Positions 36,756-47,083 of a stretch of DNA of 64,000 nt are shown here, one piece after another. Position 1 is the first letter of the stretch. Each line of letters starts with the position of its first letter. The position numbers and the translations under genes were made by a program. The notes under the pieces are model-generated. The model worked only from the letters and a program-made list of their open reading frames with translations. It did no database searches and was not told where the DNA came from. Source of the stretch: Polyangiales bacterium (GTDB lineage: Bacteria > Myxococcota_A > Polyangia > Polyangiales > Polyangiaceae); contig JBBRLQ010000017.1 in assembly GCA_038231275.1 (NCBI GenBank), positions 32,001 through 96,000 of the forward strand. Direction: 5' to 3'.

Positions 36756-39700
36756 TGGCCATCGGACGCGCGCGCGTCGTCGCGGGACGGATCGCATCGG
36801 CGATCGGCGTCGCGCTCGTGTTCGTGCTCGCGGTGGCGCTGGCGGTCGTCCTCCACCTCGATCATCCGGCGGCCCGCAGATTCGCGGTAGCGCGAACCGA
36901 GGCGGCTCTCGCGCCGCTCTTCGAGGGCAAGATCGTCATCGACCACGTTGATCGGCTGAGCCTCGCGGGGCTGGCCGGCGGCGCGGCGAAGGTGGTGGCA
37001 CCGGACGGAACCGTCGTGGTCCGCGCCGACGGCGTGAGGGCGAGCGGGAACGTCCTCGGCATTCTGCGATCGGCGGTGCTCGGAAAAGGCCCAATCATCG
37101 TCCCGATCGACGAGGTGACGATCGACTACGCGGAGGTCGTGCTCGACGCGGCCGCCGACGGCACTCCGAAGCTGCGCGCGGCGTTCAGGCAGAGGCCGCC
37201 CCTCTCTCCGGCGAGCCCGAACGCGCGCGGCGTCGATCTCTCGATCGCGAAGATCGTCGTGCGAACCGCGTGGGTGCACGGTCAGGTGCCCGGGACGCCG
37301 CCGTCCGACATCCAGGTCGACGGCGCGGCGGGAGCGCTCGTGTTTCGTGCGGGCGCGCTCAAGGTGGACGCGAGGCGGTTCGCGCTGCACACGCGAGGCG
37401 CGCCGCGCGGGCTCGACGCCGACGGCACGGGAGAGGCGCACCTCGCGTTCCCGGGCACCTCGGGGCCCGGCGTCGCCATCGAGGGCTCCTTCAAGGGGAC
37501 GGTGGGAGGAATCGGCGCGACGATGCGCGGGGCCATCGACGGCGCGCGCGTCGACGTGACGCTCGACGTGCCGCGCGCGCCGGCCGATCGCGTCCGCGCA
37601 CTCTTTCCCGACGCGCCCGCGCAAGCAGAGCTCGGCGTGAGGGTCGACGCGCATGGCCTGCTCCCGCGCCTCGACCTCGACGCGCGCGTGACGCTCGGCA
37701 CCGGCGCGCTGCACGTCGTCGGGCCCGTGATCGTCGAAGGGGAGCGACGCGCCGCGCTGGTCTGGGACGTGGAGTCGCTCGATCTGCGCGCCTTCGCGGT
37801 GACCGCGCCGGTGAGCTCCCTTCGAGGACGCGGCACCGTCGACGCGACGATCGCGTCCGATGCGTCGCTCGCGGGGACGTTCACGGCGGACGTCGGGGCC
37901 GGCACCCTCGGGGGGCAGAGCTTGCCGGCCGCCACGCTGCGCGGCACGTTCTCGCGGAACGCCAACGTCGTCCGCGCGCACGCCGAGGGGAAGGTCCACG
38001 AGGTCGGCGCGCCGACCGACCTCACGCTCGACGTCGGGCCCGATGGAACCTCTTGGGCGCTCGACGCGACCGCGCGAAGCGTCATCCCACGCCTCGAGGC
38101 GGTCCCTCGCCTAGGCACCGCCGCCGAACTGCGCGGGGCGGCGGACGTACGCGCGTCGGGCAAGCTTCGCCCAGGGGTCCGCGGCTGGACCCTCGACGCG
38201 ACCCTCACGGCCGACGCGCGCGGCGTTTCGCGCGGCTCCGAAAAAATCGGGCAGGCGCACGTGACGGCGCGCGCGACCGGCAAGCTCTTCGCGCCCGCGA
38301 TCTCCACGACCGTCGACGGTAGAGACATCGAGCTCGGCGGGATGAAGTACACGCACGGTACGGCGAAGACGCACGGCTCGACGACCGCGCAGCACGTCGA
38401 GCTCACCCTGCAAGGCGACGGTACGCCGGACGTCACTGGCGCCGCGGAGGTCGCGCTCGGCGGAAAGATCGTCGTGCACAACGCCGACCTCACACTCACG
38501 CGTGACAAGGTCGCAGTCTCCGTGCGCGTGCCAACGGTTCGCTTCGGCACCGGCGAGCTCCACGTCGAGGACGCCGAGATCCGCGGCCTCGGCGCGCTCG
38601 CACGCGTCACGGTCGACGTGCGCGAGGGCTCCACACTTCTGCGCGCGCGCTCGCGGGGCGTGTCGATCGAGCGCGTCGCTCACCTCCTCCACCTCGAAGA
38701 CGGATCGCTCGACGGACGCCTCGACTTCGACGTCGATCTCGAGCTGAAGAACGGCGGTGCCCACGGGGACGCGCACGTGAGCCTGACGCGCGGGACGTTC
38801 CGCGGGCACACGGCCACCGCGGAGCTGCACGCCACCGCAGAGGGCCGGCGTTGGGTGGTGACGGCGAAAGGTACGCTCGCGGACGTCGGCAATGTCGAGC
38901 TCGCGACGACGGACCTCGAGATCGGCGCCGAGGGCCCGCACAAGAAGACGTCGTGGAACGACGCGCTCGGCACCGTCGGCCTTCGTGGCACGGCGGACTT
39001 GGCGCAGCTGGCGTCACTGCTCCCCGCAGGCACGCTTCCGTTTGCGCCCGCTGGGATGGTCGACGTGAGCGGAGCGGTGTCTCGTCGCGGCGCCGCGCGT
39101 GACGTCGCGGTGGCGCTCGCCGCCGGCACGCGCGGCCTCGAGATCACGGCGAAACAATGGCGTGTGACGGGCGTGGAGGCGCGCGCCGGCGCGACGTACG
39201 ACAGCGCAATCGGAGCGACCGCGGGCGCGCTCGTGCTCAGCGATGTCGCGGGCGAGGCCGCGCGGCTCGACGTCCAGTCCGACGCCGTGCCGTACCGAGA
39301 GCTCTGGGCGAGCCACGACGTCCGCGCGCGCCTCGCGACCGTCCCCCTCGTCGCTACGTTGGTCGTGCCATCGCGATCGGTCGACGCCCTCCCCGCCGGC
39401 CTGGCGGTGAAGGGGGCGCACGGCACCGTTCAAGGGACGGCGACGCTCCGCGGCACCGTCATCGCGCCGGATCTTCGCGTCACCGCCGCGGCGCGCGACT
39501 TCGCGGCGAAGGGGACGTCACGCGGCGGATGGCTCTCGGGGGACGTCGCGCTGCGCTACGACGGAAAGGCGGCGCACGTCGACGCGGCGGTACGCACGCC
39601 CAAGGCCCTCATCCTCGCGGGCGCCGCGGACGCGAACGCGCGCGTCGCCGATCTCCTCTCGCCGCCGCCGGGTGAGCTCCCGTGGAGCGCGTCGGGGCGC

Positions 39701-41434
39701 GTCGAGGTCATGGACTTTCCGCTGACGCGCGTGGCGATCTTGACCGATCACGACGTGCGCGGAAAAGTGTCGGGAAAGATCACCGTCGAGGGGCTGCACG
39801 AAGCGCCGCGCGCGTCGGTGGACCTCTCGTCGACGACGCTCCAGATCGGAAACGTCGCGTTCCCGAAGGCGTCGGTCTCGGTCACCGTCGACGGCAAGGA
39901 AGCGCGCGGCAAGGCGCGCCTCGACCAGTCGATCGGCTCGACGGCGCAGAATTTCCTCCAGCAGATCGCGGTGAGCGGCGGCTTCGGCGAGCTCGCGGGC
40001 AGCGTCGGCGTCACGTGGGGGCGCGCGCTTTTGCCGACGATCGACGCGACGCGGCCGATGAGCGCCGTGCTCGCGACGAAGCGCCTCCGCGCCGCGACGT
40101 TCCTGCCGTTTGCCGACGCGTACCTCGGCGAGCTCGACGGGCTCGTCGACGCCAACGCGATCGTCTCGCTGATGCCGGGTGCCGAGGCGCCAACCGTCGT
40201 CGGGCGAGCGACGCTGGAGTACGGCGTCGTGCAGATCGCGTCGATGGGGACCGAGCTCCACGGCGTGAGCGGAAAGCTGTCGATCGGCGCGGACGGCATG
40301 GTGCGCGTGAGCGAGGTCGTCGCGCAGGGCACCAGCGGCACGGTGAAGGCCGCCGCGTCGGCGCGTCTCGAGGGCCTTCACGTCGCGGCCGCCGCCGCCG
40401 ACGTCCGAATCGCCAAAGGCGATGCCGTGCCTCTCGACCTCAAGGGCGTGCAGATGGGCGACGTCTGGGGAGAGGCGCACCTCACGGCGATCGCGTCGGC
40501 GGACAAGAGGACGATGAACGTCACGCTCGACGTCCCGAAGCTCCACGTGCAGCTCCCGCTTGCCTCGTCGCACTCGGTGAAGGATCGACCAACGCTCACC
40601 AACGTCCACGTAGGGATGTACACGCCCGGGCGCTTCACGCCTCTCGCGCTGGACAGCACGGACCTCGATCCTGTGGTCATCGCGGCCCCGACGCAGACGA
40701 CGATCGTGCAGGTGAACCTCGGCTCCGAGGTCGACGTCCGCCGCGGTAGCACGCTCGCGGCGACCTTGGAGGGCAGCCCGCAGATCACGTTCGCCGACGA
40801 CGCGCGCGTGACCGGTCAGATTCGCATCACGTCCGGCACCCTCCAAGTCCAGGGGAAGAAATTCGACATCGAGAAGGGAACCGTCACCTTCGTCGGGACC
40901 GACGCGTCCGATCCGCTCGTCGTCGTCACCGCCGGGTGGACCGCGACGGACGGCACGCGCGTCTACGCCGATTTCGCCGGGCCGCTCAAGACCGGGAAGG
41001 TCACCCTACGCTCCGAGCCGTCGCGCCCCAAGGACGAGATCCTCGCGCTCATCCTCTTCGGGAGCGCCGATCAGTCCTCGACGCAGTACGGCGGCGACGC
41101 GCAGGCCGACGCGAGCACGCGGGCAGGCGGGGCCGCCGGCACCTTCGCGGGCCAGGGCCTCGGCGAGGGCATCAGCGAGCTCACCGGCCTTCAAATCGCG
41201 CCGAAGATCGACACGAGCAACGCCGCCAACCCGCGACCCGAGGTCGAGGTGCAGCTCGCGCAGACGATCTCGCTCCAGATCGCCTTCGTCCTCGGCACGC
41301 CTCCGCCCGGCGCAAACCCCGACAAGACGTTCGCCACGATCGGCTGGCGGTTCGCGCAGCGCTGGTCGCTCGAGACCACCTTCGGCGATCAGGGCAGCTC
41401 GTTCGCCGACGTCGTGTGGCAGCTGCGCTACTGA
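36755..41434 (+). CDS. tamB: Translocation/assembly module TamB-like protein (1559 aa)
   Basis: N-terminal TM anchor, long beta-rich repeats, and a DUF490-like C-terminus (GKKFDIEKGTVTF, LRSEPS..EILALILFG, WQLRY). TGATG overlap with tamA. Confidence 0.85.
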   Translation: MAIGRARVVAGRIASAIGVALVFVLAVALAVVLHLDHPAARRFAVARTEAALAPLFEGKIVIDHVDRLSLAGLAGGAAKVVAPDGTVVVRADGVRASGNVLGILRSAVLGKGPIIVPIDEVTIDYAEVVLDAAADGTPKLRAAFRQRPPLSPASPNARGVDLSIAKIVVRTAWVHGQVPGTPPSDIQVDGAAGALVFRAGALKVDARRFALHTRGAPRGLDADGTGEAHLAFPGTSGPGVAIEGSFKGTVGGIGATMRGAIDGARVDVTLDVPRAPADRVRALFPDAPAQAELGVRVDAHGLLPRLDLDARVTLGTGALHVVGPVIVEGERRAALVWDVESLDLRAFAVTAPVSSLRGRGTVDATIASDASLAGTFTADVGAGTLGGQSLPAATLRGTFSRNANVVRAHAEGKVHEVGAPTDLTLDVGPDGTSWALDATARSVIPRLEAVPRLGTAAELRGAADVRASGKLRPGVRGWTLDATLTADARGVSRGSEKIGQAHVTARATGKLFAPAISTTVDGRDIELGGMKYTHGTAKTHGSTTAQHVELTLQGDGTPDVTGAAEVALGGKIVVHNADLTLTRDKVAVSVRVPTVRFGTGELHVEDAEIRGLGALARVTVDVREGSTLLRARSRGVSIERVAHLLHLEDGSLDGRLDFDVDLELKNGGAHGDAHVSLTRGTFRGHTATAELHATAEGRRWVVTAKGTLADVGNVELATTDLEIGAEGPHKKTSWNDALGTVGLRGTADLAQLASLLPAGTLPFAPAGMVDVSGAVSRRGAARDVAVALAAGTRGLEITAKQWRVTGVEARAGATYDSAIGATAGALVLSDVAGEAARLDVQSDAVPYRELWASHDVRARLATVPLVATLVVPSRSVDALPAGLAVKGAHGTVQGTATLRGTVIAPDLRVTAAARDFAAKGTSRGGWLSGDVALRYDGKAAHVDAAVRTPKALILAGAADANARVADLLSPPPGELPWSASGRVEVMDFPLTRVAILTDHDVRGKVSGKITVEGLHEAPRASVDLSSTTLQIGNVAFPKASVSVTVDGKEARGKARLDQSIGSTAQNFLQQIAVSGGFGELAGSVGVTWGRALLPTIDATRPMSAVLATKRLRAATFLPFADAYLGELDGLVDANAIVSLMPGAEAPTVVGRATLEYGVVQIASMGTELHGVSGKLSIGADGMVRVSEVVAQGTSGTVKAAASARLEGLHVAAAAADVRIAKGDAVPLDLKGVQMGDVWGEAHLTAIASADKRTMNVTLDVPKLHVQLPLASSHSVKDRPTLTNVHVGMYTPGRFTPLALDSTDLDPVVIAAPTQTTIVQVNLGSEVDVRRGSTLAATLEGSPQITFADDARVTGQIRITSGTLQVQGKKFDIEKGTVTFVGTDASDPLVVVTAGWTATDGTRVYADFAGPLKTGKVTLRSEPSRPKDEILALILFGSADQSSTQYGGDAQADASTRAGGAAGTFAGQGLGEGISELTGLQIAPKIDTSNAANPRPEVEVQLAQTISLQIAFVLGTPPPGANPDKTFATIGWRFAQRWSLETTFGDQGSSFADVVWQLRY

Positions 41435-43713
41435 ACCGCGACGAGCTCGATGTCGAACACCAGGATCGCGTTCGCGGGGATGGATTTTCCCATGCCGTGG
41501 TTGCCGAACGCGAGCTCGGGAGGGATCGTCGCGCGACGCTTGCCGCCGACGCGCATGCCCGGGATCGCCCTGTTCCACCCTGCGATCGCGCCGCCGGAGC
41601 CGAGGCGGAACGAGTGCGGGCTCTTGCCGTAGGTCGACTCCACCTCGCGGCCGTCGACGAGGCGCGCGCGGTAGTGGATCGCGATCTCGCTGCCCGGGAT
41701 CGCCTCCGCGCCCTTGCCCACGACGAGATCGACGACGCTGAACTTCGAGCCGATGCCGGTCAGCGGCCGGACCGGAGGACCGCTGTTCCCTGCGACGGCG
41801 CCGCGCGGCGCATCGGCGATCTGCTGCGCGACGAGCTTCTTCACGCGCGGTCCGTTCGAGCCGCCAGCCACCACCCACGGCCCGATCACGAGCGTGGGCA
41901 CGGCGACGATGCCGTTCTCGGCAGCGGCCTTCTCGTCCGCCTCGATGAGGGGTCTGTGCACGTGCCCGTCGAGCGCCTTGCGCAGCTTGTCGATGTCGAG
42001 CCCGATGGCCTTGGCGTGCGTCTCGACGTCGTCGCGCGTGAGGTTCGTGGTCGTTGCGTTGAGGCGATCGTGCATGCGCCAGAAGCCCTCGCTTCCCTTT
42101 TGCGCGTAGGCCTCGCGTGCGGCCTCAGCGGCGAGCGGATCGGCGAGGTGCTGCGACATCGGCAGATCTCGCCAGACCACCTTGACGACGCCGGGGTTCT
42201 TGTTGGCGACGTCCTCGAGGAACGCGTCGACGCGGCGGCACGGACCGCACTGGAAATCCGAGAACGCCTGGATGACGAGCGGCCCCGCTTGCGCACCTTT
42301 CCATGGCGAGCTCGGGCCGAACGGGATGTTCTTCTTCACCGGCTCGCTCGGCTGGCCGTCCTTGATGAACCAGTCGTAGAGCGCCTGCGGCTCGATGCCG
42401 CTCCTCAGGATGCCCTCCGCTTTTTTGATCTCTTCCTCGACCATCGCGCTCACCCGCTCGTACGACTGCTCGCCGATGAGGCGGCGGCCGTTCACGAAGA
42501 GCTGCGGCGAGACGGTGATCTCGAGGTCCTCGGCGAGCTCCTCATCGGCCTCGACGTCGCGCTTGGACGACTGCGCCTTCACCATCGGGAGGATGACCTT
42601 GGGATCGAGATCGGCCGCGCGCGTCAGCATCTCCAGATCGCCGTCGTCGAGGTGCGCCGCGCCGAAGAGGCGGTCGTGCATATCCCAGAAGCCTTGATCG
42701 CCACGCTGCGCGCGCGCCGCGCGGGCCAAGTACACCGCGGGGTGCACGCGCATGTGCGACGGAGGTGGGCCGTCCTTCCACACGATGCGCACGCGGCTCG
42801 AGAACGAGCTCGTCACCTTTTCCAGAGCTTGCGAGGTGCGTTGGCACGCGGGGCAGTCGAACGCCGAGAAGGCCACGATCGTCACGAGCGCGGTCGGCTT
42901 TCCGCGCACCGGCGACGACGCAAGCGGAACGCGCCAGATGGCCTTCGGATCGAGCAGCTCGTTGTTCTCGCGCGAACCGCCCGGCGCGAACAGGTTCGCC
43001 GCGACGGCGCGCTCGTAGATGTCCGCGCGGGCGACGCCGGCTTGCTCCAGCGCCTTCGCCTTCGCCAGCTCCACCTCGACGGCGCTCTTCAGCGCACCTT
43101 CGGACGCCGATCCGGAGAGCGCCACCCCGTTGATGAACGTCATCGGAGGCTCCGCCGCCCCCACTCGCCGTGCCAACGCGATGTCGCGCTCGACCTTTTC
43201 GGCCCACGTCCCCGCCTCGAGCCCGCGATCGAGCTCTTGCGGCGTCAGCCCAGCGGCGAGGGCCCACTGGCGAATCGTCGACGGTGATGCCGGCTGCTGC
43301 TCGCGCGACGCCAGATCGCGGTACCGCAAGAACGCGCCGATCCCCTTGGCCGTGTACACGCCTTGCCCCACCGTCGCCGCAAATTTTGCCTGCAGCGCGG
43401 TGGGCGCGGGCGCATTCTTGTAAACGACGCGCAGCGTGTCGACCGGGTACGCGTCGCGCACGCGATCCGCGATCGGCACGATCGCCTTGGCCGCTGGGCT
43501 CACGAAGTCGCTGAAGACGACGAGGGTCACGTACGCCAGCGTGTTCCCGCGGACCACGTCGTCGGGCTCGATCGGGATTCGCTCCTGCGCGACGCCAGCG
43601 TCGTCGGGCGACGCCGAATTCGGCAGGCTGGTCGACCTCACCTTCGGACCGCACGCAAAAGCGGCGGCAAGCGCAAGAGCGAGGAGGAGCGACGTGAGGA
43701 CGCGACGAGGCAT
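41428..43713 (-). CDS. Lipoprotein with three DsbA/thioredoxin-fold domains fused to an FKBP-type PPIase
   Basis: Lipobox AFAC; FSDFVSPAA (no Cys), FSAFDCPAC and FSDFQCGPC; FKBP motifs DLVVGKG..IAGWNRAIPGMRVGGKR..IPPELAFG..FDIEL. Confidence 0.87.
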   Translation of the reverse strand: MPRRVLTSLLLALALAAAFACGPKVRSTSLPNSASPDDAGVAQERIPIEPDDVVRGNTLAYVTLVVFSDFVSPAAKAIVPIADRVRDAYPVDTLRVVYKNAPAPTALQAKFAATVGQGVYTAKGIGAFLRYRDLASREQQPASPSTIRQWALAAGLTPQELDRGLEAGTWAEKVERDIALARRVGAAEPPMTFINGVALSGSASEGALKSAVEVELAKAKALEQAGVARADIYERAVAANLFAPGGSRENNELLDPKAIWRVPLASSPVRGKPTALVTIVAFSAFDCPACQRTSQALEKVTSSFSSRVRIVWKDGPPPSHMRVHPAVYLARAARAQRGDQGFWDMHDRLFGAAHLDDGDLEMLTRAADLDPKVILPMVKAQSSKRDVEADEELAEDLEITVSPQLFVNGRRLIGEQSYERVSAMVEEEIKKAEGILRSGIEPQALYDWFIKDGQPSEPVKKNIPFGPSSPWKGAQAGPLVIQAFSDFQCGPCRRVDAFLEDVANKNPGVVKVVWRDLPMSQHLADPLAAEAAREAYAQKGSEGFWRMHDRLNATTTNLTRDDVETHAKAIGLDIDKLRKALDGHVHRPLIEADEKAAAENGIVAVPTLVIGPWVVAGGSNGPRVKKLVAQQIADAPRGAVAGNSGPPVRPLTGIGSKFSVVDLVVGKGAEAIPGSEIAIHYRARLVDGREVESTYGKSPHSFRLGSGGAIAGWNRAIPGMRVGGKRRATIPPELAFGNHGMGKSIPANAILVFDIELVAVQ

Positions 43714-43873
43714 CTGCACCCTGAGTATTGCGTGCTTCGCGTCTGCGCGGAAGGGGACGCGCGATGTTCGCGCCCGTCGAAGCTCGGTTCTGATCTAGAG
43801 GCAGCGTGCTGGAGGGAGGTCGGCCCCGTGGGTTCCACGCGCCGCCGCTCGCGTTTTGTGAGAACGTGGACGC

Positions 43874-45496
43874 GTGGGTGCCGCTAGCGACAGCGCGTGG
43901 ACGCGGCGCGCTCCTTGGATTGCGGGTCTGCTCCTCGCCGCGCCGATCCTCGCCCTGCGTTACCCGCCGATGGGCGATCTGGCGATGCACGAGGCGCTCG
44001 TCGCGATCCTCCGGCACTGGCGCGATCCGGCGTGGGCCCCGCCCGGCCTCTACAGCGTGGTGGCGCCGCAAGCCAACCAGCTGTTCCAGCTCCTCGCCGC
44101 GGGCCTCGCCTACGTGCTCGGGCGCACCGATCTGGCGTGCAAGGTCCTGGTCGCCGCCATCGTCGCGGGGAGCACCGTCGTCACGGCGAGATCGCTCGCT
44201 CGCTCGGGCCGCGCGCCGATCGCCGCGCTCCTCGTCGCTCCGATCGTGTGCGGGTGGATGTTCACCTGGGGGCTCGTGGCCAACATGCTCGGATTCGTGC
44301 TCCTCGCGGCGTCATTTCCGCTCGCCGAGTCGGTGGCGCGAAGGCCGACGCGTCGCAGCGTCGTGGCCGCGACCGCGACGGTCTGCGTGCTCTTCTTCGC
44401 GCACGAGTCGACCGCGCTCTCGTTCGCCTTGATTCTCGGCGTCCTGAGCGTCGTCCGCGCATCGCGTCCGCTGCCGCTCCTCGCGAGGAGCGCTCCCATC
44501 GTCGTCACCCTCGCGCTCGCGATTGCGCAGTGGCGTGCGAGTCGCGGCCTCGTCGGCGCGAACATGGCCGCGATCGGGAACGACTACGGGGACGATCCGG
44601 CGGCGCGCCTCGGGATGCTGCCGGGCGCGCTCTTCGGCGGCGTCGACCAGACGAACCATGTCGTCCTCGCCGCGCTCTTGCTCGTCGCCGTCGTGATGGG
44701 GGCGCTCGCCAACCGAGGCCTCGCGCGGCGGCGCGTCTTCCCGTTGCGCGTCGCGCTCTGGAGGTACCGGCACGCCGTCCTCGCCGCGCTGTTCTTGGTT
44801 CTTTTCCTTGGATTTCCGATGTCCCTCGGCGGCAACACGCTCTTGGCGCACCGCTTTTTGCCGGTGGCGGCGCTCTTTCTCGTGGTCGCGTGTGCTCCGC
44901 GCGTCGCGACGCGCAGGTACGCCATCGTAGCGACGCTCGTGCCGCTCGTCACGTTGGGGCTCCTCGCGAGGACGTACGCAGAGAACGATCGACGCCAGCG
45001 CGATCTCGACGCCGTCCTCGCGCACCTGCCCATGGGCGTCGCCGTGGCGCAGCTCGACCTGACGCCGTTGCCGAGCGGGCGTGTCGCGCCGGTGCCGGGC
45101 CTCGCGAGCCGCGCGCAAGCGGAGCGCGGCGGGCGCATGCTCTTTGCGCTCACCGACATGCCGCCGAACCCGATCTACGTACGCGCCGACGCACGCTGGA
45201 ACGAGCCGATGCTCCGGCTGGCGCACGCGCCGTTCGCGTTCATGCCGACCCACGACGCCCGACGCTTCGCGTACCTGCTCACGTTGAACCGCAGCCCGGC
45301 GGGGCGCCCTCGCGTGCGCGCGGCGCTAGCGCCGGAGGACGAGCTCGTCGCCTCCGAAGGAGAGTGGGATCTCTATCGCTCGACCTTGCCGACGGTCCCT
45401 CTCGACGCTCCGGACGCGCCGCTCCCCTCGCCACCTCCCGAGACGCTGGCCGATCGCGTAAATCGTCACGCGATCGGCGCGGTGCCGGCGCGCTGA
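43874..45496 (+). CDS. Polytopic membrane protein, possibly a GT-C glycosyltransferase
   Basis: More than 10 hydrophobic helices; YPPMGDLAMH in the first loop; C-terminal soluble domain. Function is inferred. Confidence 0.55.
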   Translation: MGAASDSAWTRRAPWIAGLLLAAPILALRYPPMGDLAMHEALVAILRHWRDPAWAPPGLYSVVAPQANQLFQLLAAGLAYVLGRTDLACKVLVAAIVAGSTVVTARSLARSGRAPIAALLVAPIVCGWMFTWGLVANMLGFVLLAASFPLAESVARRPTRRSVVAATATVCVLFFAHESTALSFALILGVLSVVRASRPLPLLARSAPIVVTLALAIAQWRASRGLVGANMAAIGNDYGDDPAARLGMLPGALFGGVDQTNHVVLAALLLVAVVMGALANRGLARRRVFPLRVALWRYRHAVLAALFLVLFLGFPMSLGGNTLLAHRFLPVAALFLVVACAPRVATRRYAIVATLVPLVTLGLLARTYAENDRRQRDLDAVLAHLPMGVAVAQLDLTPLPSGRVAPVPGLASRAQAERGGRMLFALTDMPPNPIYVRADARWNEPMLRLAHAPFAFMPTHDARRFAYLLTLNRSPAGRPRVRAALAPEDELVASEGEWDLYRSTLPTVPLDAPDAPLPSPPPETLADRVNRHAIGAVPAR

Positions 45497-45581
45497 CGAT
45501 CCGCGCGCGCGGGGGGAGCCGCACCGGGCGCGTGCTGGGCAGGCGACGGCGGGTGCCGAAACGCGTGGTAGCTTCCGCAGC

Positions 45582-46619
45582 ATGCAGACGGAAGCGATGG
45601 TGCTACGCAAGCACGGCGGCCCCGAGGTCCTCGAGCGCGCCATGGTGGATTTGCCCGAGCCCGGCCCGCGCGAGGTCCGCGTTCGTGTTCGAGCCGTCGC
45701 CGTGAATCACCTCGACCTGTGGACGCGACGCGGCCTGCCGAACATGCGGCTCGAGTACCCTCATCGCCTCGGCGCCGACGTCGTCGGAGAGGTCGACGCA
45801 CTCGGCCCTGGCGCGCGCGGCTGCAAGGTCGGCGACAAGATCGTGGTGAACCCGGGCGTCTCGTGCGGCGCATGCGAGCGCTGTCTCGGCGGACACGACA
45901 ACCTCTGCAAGTCGTACGGCATCTTCGGCGAGAACCTCCAGGGCGGCTACGCGCAGCACATGAACGTGCCCGACGCGAACCTCCTCCCCTACCCCGGCGA
46001 TCTCCCGTTCACCGACGTCGCCGCGATCCCGCTCACCTTCCTCACCGCGTGGCAGATGGTCGTCCACAAGGCGAAGGTGGTGCCGGGCCAGACGGTGCTC
46101 GTGCAAGCGGCGGGCAGCGGCGTTTCCACTGCGGCGATCCAGATCGCCAAGCTCCACGGCGCCCGCGTCTTCGCCACCGCCGGCACGCCCGAAAAATGCG
46201 CGCGCGCGCTGGCCCTCGGCGCCGACGCCGCCATCGACTACGTCCGCCAGGATTTCGTCGCCGAGACGCGCAAGCTCACGAACAAGCTCGGCGTCGACGC
46301 GGTCATCGAGCACGTGGGCGGCGAGGTCTTCGTGAAGAGCGTCCTCGCCACGCGCTGGGGCGGGCGCGTCGTCACCTGCGGGGCGACGAGCGGCTTCGAG
46401 CCCAAGCTCGATCTGCGTCAGATCTTCTTCCGCCAAATCGAGGTGCTCGGTTCGACGATGGGGAGCAAAGCCGATCTCTTCCGCATCTTGCCCCTCGTCG
46501 CCGCCGGCCGCCTGCGCCCGGTCGTCGATCGCGTCCTCCCCTTGTGGCAGGCCGCGGAGGCCCATACCGTCCTCGAAGAGAGAAAAGCGTTCGGAAAAGT
46601 GGTACTAGAGGTGTCCTGA
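45582..46619 (+). CDS. Zn-binding MDR-family dehydrogenase / quinone oxidoreductase
   Basis: VNHLD, LGADVVG, CGACERC..C structural Zn site, AAGSGVS and FGKVVL. Confidence 0.92.
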   Translation: MQTEAMVLRKHGGPEVLERAMVDLPEPGPREVRVRVRAVAVNHLDLWTRRGLPNMRLEYPHRLGADVVGEVDALGPGARGCKVGDKIVVNPGVSCGACERCLGGHDNLCKSYGIFGENLQGGYAQHMNVPDANLLPYPGDLPFTDVAAIPLTFLTAWQMVVHKAKVVPGQTVLVQAAGSGVSTAAIQIAKLHGARVFATAGTPEKCARALALGADAAIDYVRQDFVAETRKLTNKLGVDAVIEHVGGEVFVKSVLATRWGGRVVTCGATSGFEPKLDLRQIFFRQIEVLGSTMGSKADLFRILPLVAAGRLRPVVDRVLPLWQAAEAHTVLEERKAFGKVVLEVS

Positions 46620-46828
46620 TGATCGATCCCCGCCACATCCTCTTCGGCAAGCCCGCGCTCCAGAAGGGCACCGTCCAGCTCTTCATCGGCCTGCACCTGC
46701 TTCTCGCGGGCGTGATTGGCCTCCTCCTCACCCACGAAGACTTCCTGTGGGCGCTCGTCGCGCTCGGCGCCGCGGTGGCGTGCATCGGCTCCTTCAAGCT
46801 GAGCGATCCCACCGGCTCCCGTACCTGA
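46619..46828 (+). CDS. Small membrane protein (69 aa)
   Basis: MIDPRHILFGK... with two TM helices; TGATG overlap with the upstream gene. Confidence 0.65.
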   Translation: MIDPRHILFGKPALQKGTVQLFIGLHLLLAGVIGLLLTHEDFLWALVALGAAVACIGSFKLSDPTGSRT

Positions 46829-46902
46829 CGGGCCCGGCCACCCCAGCGCCACTGCCTCGCCCGCGCGCTGAACTCCGCGCACGGAAGTGCTAGTCTCACG
46901 GC

Positions 46903-47064
46903 ATGCGGTCGGGGGTGAGCCACATCATATTCGGCGTGATCCTCCTCGGAGCAGGCGTCGCCGTTACGATGATGAGCCAAGAGGTCTACTGGTGGGGCGC
47001 CATCGTCGTCGGCGTCATCGAGATCATCCGCGGCATCGTCATCTCGCTCCGCGCGCGCGGCTGA
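46903..47064 (+). CDS. Small two-TM membrane protein (53 aa), absent from the ORF track
   Basis: MRSGVSHIIFGVILLGAGVAVTMMSQEVYWWGAIVVGVIEIIRGIVISLRARG; GC3-biased codons; TG-C-TAGTCT 6 nt upstream. Confidence 0.68.
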   Translation: MRSGVSHIIFGVILLGAGVAVTMMSQEVYWWGAIVVGVIEIIRGIVISLRARG

Positions 47065-47083
47065 CCGGACACGCCCCGCGACG

